A stretch of 64,000 bases of DNA, taken from the NCBI GenBank assembly GCA_026770705.1, contig JANJGN010000023.1, positions 26,660,001 to 26,724,000 of the forward strand, read 5' to 3'. Below the pieces are notes generated by a model. It saw only the letters and a list, made by a program, of their open reading frames with translations, searched no databases and was not told the origin of the DNA. Positions 52,035-62,469 of the stretch are shown here, one piece after another. Source of the stretch: Isurus oxyrinchus (Eukaryota). The position numbers and the translations under genes are program-made. Every line of letters begins with the position of its first letter. Position 1 is the stretch's first letter.

Positions 52035-52290
52035 TGTATGAGAAGAGAGTGCTGATTGGTTGGCAAGTGAACTTTGATTGGTAGAGGTGTTGCCATGGAG
52101 AATGCACCAGTTAATGGTGACTGACAGTTAACTGCTAAGCATTGTTTGAAATTTTAAGCCAAGCAGATTGACTCTGATCCTGTGCAGGCAGAAAAAGCAT
52201 GTAAACAAAATAAGTGATAGCCATTCGCTGGTTCATGCCTCAAGGCAATGCCTTGACCAATCAGAGTCAAGCTGCTTGGCTTAAAAGCCA
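52035..52290. repeat. Inverted-repeat relic, probably the terminus of a different Penelope-like family
   Basis: TTTTAAGCCAAGCAGATTGACTCTGAT (52152-52178) is inverted at 52260-52286; spacer encodes ILCRQK. Confidence 0.5.
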
Positions 52291-53766
52291 CTCCCACATT
52301 ACGGTTGGTCTGGTAGGTAGAGACCTGCCCATGAACCCCATTAAAAACGATGTGGTGCTGCCTGCGAAGCCTTGTGCTGATGACTGCAAGTGCTGCCCGA
52401 AGCAGGCTAGGCAAACCAACCTTGAGGTCCCAAGCGAAGTGCAGCTCGCCAGCTGCACATCGCTTATGCAATCACGCCGACATACCTGGATGATCCAATG
52501 TGTGGCGATGATTCCAGCAAGCATGGCTTATCATGAGATGCTAAAGTATTGAAAATAGGTTCCCAACGTGCAATGGTGGGAAACACAGCCTCCCATTGAC
52601 AGGTGGAGTGAGTGATCGCAAACGACGTCATGAGACCAATTTTTGCGATCTGCTTATATTTCTGTTCCTGCCCGCTATGACGTCCGTTGCAAACAACAGC
52701 AGGCAATTCCACCCAATGACTTTACAAATTGAATGGGTCATTCAGATACAAAGACTCTGGCTGTCTCAAACTCTCAAGGTATGAAAGCCACAACACAGGA
52801 TGTATAATCAACGTAGACACCCACCTTATTTGGAAAAGGACTTTAGACTTGAAACAGGTCACATAATAAAACAGCCATACATTTGCTTTAATGGGTGCCC
52901 ATTACAGAATCTGTCTGACCTTCCTTTCCACTGAAAAAATAAAGGCCAGTTTTATACTCCAGTTGAAAATTACCCCCAAACTGTTACCACCAAAGAAATA
53001 TTTGGAAGCAACAGTCGTTCTTATAATAGGACAGTGTTCGATTACTCAAAGGGTTTAGGAAATATGATAAATGTGTGCAGCTAACAGTGGGAATTTGGAC
53101 ATAGATTGAAAAATTACTGACTTTATTATCTTCTACTACTGAATGCTGCACCAATTAGTGCGCAAGCAAACAAGGACAGCTGTAATTAAGCAACATGGAC
53201 AAAGCTCTCTGAGGCCTCATGAAGTTTACCTGGTAAGTAAAGGAACTATAAACATCAGGAAAGTGCCTGATTTGCTTTCCAGGTTGCACTGAATTAGCAA
53301 GACCTGGTTGGGTTGTAATCATTGCCCTCAATGCCCCTGAATTAGGGATCAAATATATCAGCATGGTTCATGATCCTGACCATTATTCGGTGACTATTCA
53401 AGTGAATGTGTGTAGATCTTAAATAATGGGTCAAAATAAGGTATCTTAAACAAAAATTAAAAAATACCTGGAAAAACTCAGCCGGTCTGGCAGCATCGGT
53501 GGAGAAGAGTACAGTTGACGTTTCGAGTCCTCATGTCCCTTCAACAGAATTAAGTAAAAATAGGAGAAAGGTGAAATATAAGCTGGTTTAAGTGGGGTGG
53601 GGTGGGGGGGGGGGGGGAGAAAGAAGGGGTGGGGGTGATTATTGGGAGAAGCGAGCAGTGATAGGAGGATAAAGACAAAAAAACTGCAGATGCTGGAAAT
53701 CCAAAACAAAAACAGAATTACCTGGAAAAACTCAGCAGGCCTGGCAGCATCGGCGGAGAAGAAAAG

Positions 53767-53805
53767 AGTTGACGTTTCGAGTCCTCATGACCCTTCGACA
53801 GAACT
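53767..53805 (-). ncRNA. Minimal type-I hammerhead-ribozyme-like motif (CUGUCGA core variant) in 3' pLTR
   Basis: AGUU-CUGUCGA-A-GGGUC-AUGAG-GACUC-GAAACGUC-AACU: stem I AGUU/AACU, stem II GGGUC/GACUC, palindromic ACGU in place of stem III. Confidence 0.65.
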
Positions 53806-54201
53806 TGATTTCGAGTCCAAGAAAGAGTTGAAATATAAGCTGGTTTAAGGTGTGTGTGTGGGGGGGGCGGAGAGATAGAGAGAGAGAGAGAGAGGTGGGG
53901 GGTGTGGTTGTGTGGACAAACAAGCAGTGATAGAAGCAGATCATCAAAAGATGTCAGCGACAATGGTACAATAGAACACATAGGTGTTAAAGTTAAAGTT
54001 GGTGATATTATCTAAACGAATGTGCTAATTAAGAATGGATGGTAGGGCACTCAAGGTACAGCTCTAGTGGGGGTGGAGGGAGCTTAAAAGATTTTAAAAT
54101 ATTTAAAAATAATGGAAATAGGTGGGAAAAGAAAAATCTATATAATTTATTGGGAAAAAAAAGGGGGAAAACAGAAAGGGGGTGGGGATGGGGGAGGGAG
54201 C

Positions 54202-56980
54202 TCACGACCTAAAGTTGTTGAATTCAATATTCAGTCCGAAAGGCTGTAAGGTGCCTAGTCGGAAGATGAGGTGCTGTTCCTCCAGTTTGCGTTGGGCTTC
54301 ACTGGAACAATGCAGCAAGCCAAGGACAGACATGTGGGCAAGAGAGCAGGGTGGAGTGTTAAAATGGCAAGCGACAGGGAGGTTTGGGTCATTCTTGCGG
54401 ACAGACCGCAGGTGTTCTGCAAAGCGGTCGCCCAGTTTACGTTTGGTCTCTCCAATGTAGAGGACAGCACATTGGGAGCAACGAATGCAGTAGACTAAGT
54501 TGGGGGAAATGCAAGTGAAATGCTGCTTCACTTGAAAGGAGTGTTTGGGCCATTGGACGGTGAGGAGAGAGGAAGTGAAGGGGCAGGAGTTACATCTTTT
54601 GCGTGGGCATGGGGTGGTGCCATAGGAGGGGGTTGAGGAGTAGGGGGTGATGGACGAGTGGACCAGGGTGTCCTGGAGGGAGCGATCCCTACGGAATGCC
54701 CATAAGGGGGGTGAAGGGAAGATGTGTTTGGTGGTGGCATCATGCTGGAGTTGGCGGAAATGGCGGAGGATGATCCTTTGAATGCGGAGGCTGGTGGGGT
54801 GATAAGTGAGGACAAGGGGGACCCTATCATGTTTCTGGGAGGGAGGAGAAGGCGTGAGGGCGGATGCGCGGGAGATGGGCCGGACACGGTTGAGGGCCCT
54901 GTCAACGACCATGGGTGGAAAACCTCGGTTAAGCAAGAAGGAGGACATGTCAGAGGAACCGTTTTTGAAGGTAGCATCATCGGAACAGATGCGACGAAGG
55001 CGAAGGAACTGGGAGAATGGGATGGAGTCCTTACAGGAAGCGGGGTGTGAGGAGCTGTAGTCGAGGTAGCTGTGGGAGTCGGTGGGTTTGTAATGGATAT
55101 TGGTGGACAGTCTATCACCAGAGATTGAGACAGAGAGGTCAAGGAAGGGAAGGGAAGTGTCAGAGATGGACCACGTGAAAATGATGGAGGGGTGGAGATT
55201 GGAAGCAAAATTAATAAATTTTTCCAAGTCCCGACGAGAGCATGAAGCGGCACCGAAGTAATCATCGATGTACCGGAAAAAAGTTGTGGAAGGGGGCCGG
55301 AGTAGGACTGCAACAAGGAATGTTCCACATACCCCATAAAGAGACAGGCATAGCTGGGGCCCATGCGGGTACCCATAGCCACACCTTTTATTTGGAGGAA
55401 GTGAGAGGAGTTGAAGGAGAAATTGTTCAACGTGAGAACAAGTTCAGCCAGACGGAGGAGAGTAGTGGTGGATGGGGATTGTTCGGGCCTCTGTTCGAGG
55501 AAGAAGCTAAGGGCCCTCAGACCATCCTGGTGGGGGATGGAGGTGTAGAGGGATTGGACGTCCATGGTGAAGCGGAAGCGGTTGGGGCCAGGGAACTGGA
55601 AATTGTTGATGTGATGTAAGGTGTCAGAGGAATCACGGATGTAGGTGGGAAGGGACTGGACAAGGGGAGAGAGAAGGGAGTCAAGATAACGAGAAATGAG
55701 TTCTTGGGGCAGGAGCAAGCTGAGACGATCGGTCTACCGGGGCAGTTCTGTTTGTGGATTTTGGGTAGGAGATAGAAGCGGGCTGTCCGAGGTTGGGCGA
55801 CTATCAGGTTGGAAGCTGTGGGAGGGAGATCCCCAGAGGAGATGAGGTCAGTGACAGTCCTGGAAGCAATGGCTTGATGTTCAGTGGTGGGGTCATGGTC
55901 CAGGGAGAGGTAGGAGGAAGTGTCTGCGAGTTGACGCTCAGCCTCCGCGAGGTAGAGGTCAGTGCGCCAGACAACAACAGCACCACCCTTGTCAGCGGGT
56001 TTGATGACAATGTCAGGGTTGGACTTGAGAGAATGGAGTGCAGTAAGTTCAGAGAGAGACAGGTTAGAATGGGTGAGAGGAGCAGAGAAATTGAGATGAC
56101 TAATGTCGCGCCGACAGTTCTCAATGAAAAGATCAAGAGAAGGTAAGAATCCAGAGGGAGGGGTCCAGGTGGAGGGAGAATATTGGAGATGGGTAAAAGG
56201 ATCCGTTGAACTGGGAGAGGACTCCTGCCCAAAGAAGTGAGCCCGGAGACGAAGACGGCGGAAGAAGAGTTCAGTATCATGCCGAGCCCGAAATTCATTG
56301 AGGTGAGGGCGTAAGGGTATGAAACTAAGTCCTTTGCTGAGCACTGAACGTTCAGCATCGGAGAGGGGAAGGTCAGGGGGTATAGTGAATACACGGCTGG
56401 GGTTGGGATTGGAAGATGGGGTGGGGACGGAGGGACAGGCCGGGGTGGAGGGTCCTAAATGGGTGTTGGTGTCGATGAGTTGTTGGAGCTTGCGTTCCTT
56501 AGCACTTGAGAGAAAGAGAAAAAGTTTCTTGTTGAGGTGTCGGATGAGCCGAAGGATAAAATGAAACTGGGGGCACGCGCAGCTTTGAAAAAGGGTACGG
56601 CGGTGCTGCTGGAGGGAGAGGTCGAGTGTGTTCATATGGCGGCGCATGGCACTGAGTGTGGATTTCAGAATGTGACGGGAACAGCAGTCCGAGAAACGTT
56701 TTATGTCACGGAGATACCGATAATCCTGGGTGGGTTCGAAAGATGAGGGGTGGAATTTCAGTTGAAATCCACGTGGGGTAAGTCGAAGACGGAGACAGTC
56801 ACTGAGAAAGGAGATATGGCTGTGAAAGCGGGTTTTAGTAAACACCTTGTCAAACACCAGGAGGGAAATGGAAAGCAAAGAAGGTGAACAAGGCAACAGA
56901 GAGATACGGAAATCTTGTCGCAGAGAGGAACAGAACTTCTTCAAGGAGGTAGGCATTTCTTGAAGAGCAGTGGCAGTCAA
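54202..56980 (-). pseudogene. Penelope polyprotein (N-terminal domain, RT, Cys-rich linker, GIY-YIG endonuclease), ~920 aa with two 1-bp frameshifts
   Basis: HISFLSDCLRLRLTPRG; IKPADKGGAVVV; FYLLPKIHK..PGRPIVS; DVQSLYTSIP; GVAMGTRMGP; RYIDD (55262-55276); CPRKRCNSC; LVYCIRCSQCAVLYIGETKR..RFAEH; GLNIEF. Shifts at ~55704 and ~55280. Confidence 0.93.
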
Positions 56981-57090
56981 TTAAACACAGAGATAAAGAC
57001 AAAAAAACTGCAGATGCTGGAAATCCAAAACAAAAACAGAATTACCTGGAAAAACTCAGCAGGTCTGGCAGCATCGGCGGAGAAGAAAAG

Positions 57091-57129
57091 AGTTGACGTT
57101 TCGAGTCCTCATGACCCTTCGACAGAACT
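57091..57129 (-). ncRNA. Minimal hammerhead-like motif in 5' pLTR
   Basis: Identical to 53767-53805. Confidence 0.65.
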
Positions 57130-60100
57130 TGATTTCGAGTCCAAGAAAGAGTTGAAATATAAGCTGGTTTAAGGTATGTGTGATAGGAGGAGATAACCAA
57201 AAGATGTCACAGACAAAAGAACAAAGAGGTGTTGAAGGTGGTGAGATTATCTAAAAGAATGTGCTAATTATGAAAGGATAGCAGGATGAGCAAGGTACAG
57301 TGGGGGTGCGGTGAAATAAGACCAAAAGGGCATAAAAGGTATGGATAAATGATTGGTGGAATACATTAAAAATAATGGAAATAGGTGGGAAAAGAAAAAT
57401 CTATATAAACAAAAAAGCAAAAAGGAGGGGGAAGAAACGGAAAGGGGGTGGGGATGGAAGAGGGAGTTTAAGATCTAAAATTGTTGAACTCAATATTCAG
57501 GCTGTAAAGTGCCTAGTCGGAAGATGAGGTGCTGTTCCTCCAGTTTGCGTTGAGCTTCACTGGAACAATGCAGCAGGCCAAGGACAGACATGTGGGCAAG
57601 AGAGCAGGGTGGAGTGTTAAAATGGCAAGCGACAGGGAGGTTTGGGTGATGCTTGCGGACAGACCGCAGGTGTTCTGCAAAGCGGTCGCCCAGTTTACGT
57701 TTGGTCTCTCCAATGTAGAGGAAACCACATTGGGAGCAACGAATGCAGTTGAAGAAAATGCAAGTGAAATGCTGCTTCACTTGAAAGGAGTATTTGGGCC
57801 CTTGGATGGTGAGAAGAGAGGAAGTGAAGGGGCAGGTGTTGCATATCTTGCGTTTGCATGGGGAGGTGCCATAGGAGGGTGTTGGGGACTAGGGGGTGAT
57901 GGAGGAGTGGACCAGGGTGTCCTGGAGGGAATGATCCCTACGGAATGCCACCGGGGGAGTGAAGGCAAGATGTGTTTGGTGGTGGCATCATGCTGGAGTT
58001 GGCAGAAATGGCGGAGGATGATCCTTTGAATGCGGAGGCTGGTGGGGTGATAAGTGAGGACAAGGGGGACCCTATCATGTTTCTGGGAGGGAGGAGAAGG
58101 CATGAGGGCGGATGCGCGGGAGATGGGCCGGGCACGGTTGAGGGCCCTGTCAACCATTATGGGTGAAAAGCCTCGGTTAAGGAAGAAGGAGGACATGTCA
58201 GAGCAACTGTTTTTGAAGGTAGCATCATCAGAACAGATGCGACGGAGGCAAAGGAACTGAGAGAATGGGATGGAGTCCTTGCAGGAAGCGGGGTGTAGTC
58301 AAGGTAGCTGTGGGAGTCGGTAGGCTTGTAATGGATATTGGTGGACAGTCTATCAACAGAAATTGAGACAGAGAGGTCAAGGAAGGAAAGGGAAGTGTCA
58401 GAGTTGGACCATGTGAAAATGATAGTGGGGTGGAGATTGGAAGCAAAATTAATAAATTTTTCCAGGTCCCGACAAGAGCATGAAGCAGCACCGAAGTAAT
58501 CATCGATGCACCGGAGAAAGAGTTATGGGAGGGGGCCGGAGTAGGACTGGAACAAGGAATGTTCCACATACCCCATAAAGAGACAGGCATAGCTGGGGCC
58601 CAAGCGGGTACCTATAGCCGCATCTTTTATTTGGAGGAAGTGAGGGGAGTTGAAGGAGAAATTGTTCAGTGTGAGAACAAGTTCAGCCAGACGGAGAAGA
58701 GTAGTGGTGGCTGGGGATTGTTTGGGCCTCTGTTCGAAGAAGAAGCTAAGGGCCCTCAGACCATCCCGGTGGGGGATGGAGGTGTGGAGGGATTGAACGT
58801 CCATGGTGAAGAGGAGGCAGTTGGGGCCAGGGAACTGGAAATTGTTGATGTGACATAAGGTGTCAGAGGAATCACGGATGTGGGGGGGAAGGGACAGGAC
58901 AAGGGGAGAGAGAAGGGCATCAAGATAGCGAGAAATGAGTTCCATGGGGCAGGAACAGGCTGACACGATTGGTCTGCCGGGACAGTCCTGTTTATGGATT
59001 TTGGGTAGGAGATAGAAGCGAGCCGTCCGAGGTTGGGCGACTATCAGGTTGGAAGGAGATGAGGTCAGTGTCAGATTTGTAAACAATGGCTTGATGTTCA
59101 GAGGTGGGGTTATGATCCATGGTCCCCAGCTATGTCTGTCTCTTTACGGGGTATGTGGAACATTCCTTGTTCTAGTACTACTCCGGACCCCTCCTGATGA
59201 TTACTTCGGTGCTGCTTCATGCTCTCATCGGGACTTGGAAAAATTTATTAATTTTGTTTCCAATCTCCAACCGTCCATCATTTTCACATGGTCCATCTCT
59301 GACACTTCCCTTCCCTTCCTTGACCTCTCTGTCTCAATTTCTGATGATAGACTGTCCACCAATATCCATTACAAGCCTACCGACTCCCACAGCTACCTTG
59401 ACTACAGATCCTCACACCCCGCGTCCTGTAAGGACTCCATCCCATTTTCTCAGTTCCTTCACCTCCGTCGCACCTGTTCTGATGATGCTACCTTCAAAAA
59501 CAGTTCCTCTGACATGTCCTCCTTCTTCCTTAACCGAGGTTTTCCACCCACAGTAGTTGACAGGGCCCTCAACTGTGTCCAGCCCATCTCCCGCGCATCC
59601 GCCCTCACGCCTTCTCCTCCCTCCCAGAAACATGATAGGGTCCCCCTTGTCCTCACTTATCACCCCACCAGCCTCCGCATTCAAAGGATCATCCTCCGCC
59701 ATTTCCGCCAACTCCAGCATGATGCCACCACCAAACACATCTTCCCTTCACCCACTCCGGCGGCATTCCGTAGGGATCGTTTCCTCCGGGATACCCTGGT
59801 CCACTCCTCCATCATCCCCTACTCCTCAACCCCCTCCTACGGCACCTCCCCATGCAAATGCAAGATATGCAACACCTGCCCCTTCTTTTCCTCTCTCCTT
59901 ATCATCCAAGGGCCCAAATACTCTTTTCAAGTGAAGCAGCATTTCACTTGCATTTCCTTCAACTTAGTCTACTGCATTCATTGCTCCCAGTGCGGTTTCC
60001 TCTACATTGGAGAGACCAAACGCAGACTGGATGACCGCTTTGCAGAACACCTGCGGTCTGTCGGCAAGCATCACCCAGACCTCCCTGTCGCTTGCCATTT

Positions 60101-60662
60101 TAACACTATACTCTGCTCTCTTGCCCACATGTCTGTCCTTGGCTTGCTGCATTGTTCCAGTGAAGCTCAACGCAAACTGGAGGAACAACACCTCATCTTC
60201 CGACTAGGCACCTTACAGCCTTCCGGACTGAATATTGAATTCGACAACTTTAGATCTTGCCCTCCCTCCTCCATCCCCACCCCCTTTCTGTTTCTTCCCC
60301 CTTCTTTTTGTTTTTTCAAATAATTTATATAGATTTTTCTTTTCCCACCTATTTCCATTATTTTTAATGTATTCCACTGATCATTTATCCATACATTTTA
60401 CGCCCTTTTAGTCTTATTTCACCCCACCCCCACTGTACCTTGCTCGTCCTGCTATCCATTCTTAATTAGCACATGCTTTTAGATAATATCACCACCTGTA
60501 ACACTTTTTGTTCTTTTGTCTGTGACATGTTTTGGTTATCTTCTTCTACCACTGCTCACTTGTCCCAACAACCACCCCCTCCTTCTCTCTCCCCACCACC
60601 ATTACCCCCGCCCTCCCACCATTTAAACCAGCTTATATTTCACCCCTCTTTTACTTTTACTT

Positions 60663-60701
60663 GGTTCTGTTGAAGGGTCAAGAGGACTCGAAACGTCAAC
60701 T
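60663..60701 (+). ncRNA. Minimal hammerhead-like motif (CUGUUGA) in older pLTR
   Basis: GGUU-CUGUUGA-A-GGGUC-AAGAG-GACUC-GAAACGUC-AACU; sister copy at 53513-53551 (-). Confidence 0.6.
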
Positions 60702-61481
60702 GTACTCTTCTCCGCCGATGCTGCCAGACCTGTTGAGTTTTTCCAGGTATTTTTTATTTTTTGTTTTGGATTTCCAGCATCCGCAGTTTTTTGTTTTTTA
60801 TTTTAACAATAAGGTACCGTCACTGATTTAATATTCTGCTCACAGTCACTGTAAAAAGCTTGCATGTGAATATTTAAAAGCGATTGTGAAGGATGACTGT
60901 AGCCAAGTAGGAAGTCAATTCTTCAGGGGAGGAAGGAGAAGGGTTTAAATTGATGGAAAAGATAAAAAGGAGAGTATTTTTATGTGGAATAGTGTGTAGT
61001 TGAATAATATAAAAATAATTGGCTGTGCAGTTGTCTCCAAAATCAGGAATAAATTTTGCTGATATTTAATATTTTTGATCTGATCATTACTAATGGATCA
61101 GTAGTTGCATTCACTAGAGGCTTGAGGGATGGGAAGATGTAATGGCTAAATTCAGATTAAGACATAATGCAGGAAGATTCAGTTTAAGTTGGAAAAGGCC
61201 AGGAGCTGCTGTTAACTTATGTGACTAAGATCAGTTTTATTTTCCCCCCACCTCATTAAGTATTTCACAAAATCTTGGGTAATATCTTCTCTGTTTGAGA
61301 AAACCAAGAGAAAGGTGATTTTTTTTCCTTTTAAATTTAGGATGTTTGAAGAAAATTATGGGAATACTGTTCCTGAAATGTAACCTGCTCAGGAGTAACA
61401 AAAGAATATGTGAACATGCACTAGTAATTCCTAAAGGATTTTCAAGTAATTAACAAACCATGTAGCCAGTATAAATGCTGA

Positions 61482-61848
61482 TCACAGAATCACACAGTAC
61501 AGAAGAGGCCCTTCGGCCCATCGAGTCTGCACCGACACATGAGAATCACCTGACTACCGACCTAACCCCACTTACCAGCACTTGGCCCATAACTTTGAAT
61601 GTTATGACGTGCCAAGTGCTCATCCAGGTACTTTTTAAAGGATGTGAGGCAAACCGCCTCCACCACCGACACGTGAGAAACACCTGACCTCCCAGGCAGT
61701 GCATTCCAGACCATCACCACCCTCGGGATAAAAAAGTTTTTCCTCACATCCCCTCTAAACCTCCTGCCACTCACCTTGAACTTATGTCCACTTGTGACTG
61801 ACCCTTCAACTAAGGGGAACAGCTGTTCCCTATCCACCCTGTCCATGC
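61482..61848 (-). mobile_element. Young CR1 3' fragment (same family as 5617-6524)
   Basis: Minus ORF 61562-61879 matches the C-terminus of 5700-6434. Confidence 0.9.
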
Positions 61849-62195
61849 CTAAGTATGTTAATGCAACTGAGGAATGCACAAAATATGTGGGGATGGGTCC
61901 TTGCTGACTCTAGCTAGCTTTGCATATTTAGGGGCTCTGGTTATGTCTGCAATAGAGAAACAGAAACCAAATTTTAGTGCAAAGCAAGATAACTCCCAGG
62001 TAACAAGTATGACAGAATGTCATTGAAGGATTGTTTTTTCTATCAGTAACTTGGAGGAACTGGTTCTGGTGGGTGGGATGGGTCCAGGGGGGTGGTGCGG
62101 GGGGTGGGGGCGGGGGTGCTGGGGAGGTGGGAGGCAGGGGCGCCATGTGTTCAGAAAAATTAAATAACCCAAAAGGAAGGCATAAATATCACAGA

Positions 62196-62414
62196 ACAAA
62201 AACAGAATTACCTGGAAAAACTCAGCAGGTCTGGCAGCATTGGCGGAGAAGAAAAGAGTTGATGTTTCGAGTCCTCATGACCCTTCGACAGAACTGACTC
62301 GAAACATCAACTCTTTTCTTCTCCGCCGATGCTGCCAGACCTGCTGAGTTTTTCCAGGTAATTCTGTTTTTGTTTTGGATTTCCAGCATCCGCAGTTTTT
62401 TTGTTTTTATCTCT
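62196..62414. mobile_element. 219-bp fold-back insertion made only of Penelope pLTR sequence
   Basis: Reverse pLTR 62196-62295 + forward pLTR 62296-62414; 14-bp TSD ATAAATATCACAGA (62182-62195, 62415-62428). Confidence 0.9.
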
Positions 62415-62469
62415 ATAAATATCACAGAGTTGGTTTTTACCTACCAGTGTGTAATAATAAGAAAGAAAG

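Larger units (their letters stand above)
53670..57179 (-). mobile_element. Young near-intact Penelope-like retroelement (Neptune-like) with direct pLTRs, nested in the older copy
   Basis: Near-identical pLTRs 56993-57179 and 53670-53855; 12-bp TSD GTGATAGGAGGA at 53658-53669 and 57180-57191. Confidence 0.93.
53446..60807. mobile_element. Older Penelope-like element as a large inverted (palindromic) insertion: minus arm 53446-53669 + 57192-59113, plus arm 59117-60807
   Basis: Both arms carry RT C-terminal half, GIY-YIG and pLTR; probable TSD AATAAGGTA(T/C)C at 53435-53445 and 60808-60818. Confidence 0.88.

Noticed and set aside
54202-56980. Selenoprotein-type (Naiad-like) Penelope with in-frame UGA
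   Set aside because: No in-frame UGA in the reconstructed ORF; the breaks are 1-bp deletions.
57017-57045. GT...AG segment in the pLTR (minus strand CAG|GTAATTCTG...TTTCCAG|) suggesting a retained Penelope intron
   Set aside because: Only 29 nt, too short for a vertebrate spliceosomal intron; no copy in the window lacks it precisely.
54182-58858. Numerous 70-170 aa plus-strand ORFs over the Penelope copies
   Set aside because: Antisense or alternate-frame shadows of a pyrimidine-biased RT/EN coding strand.
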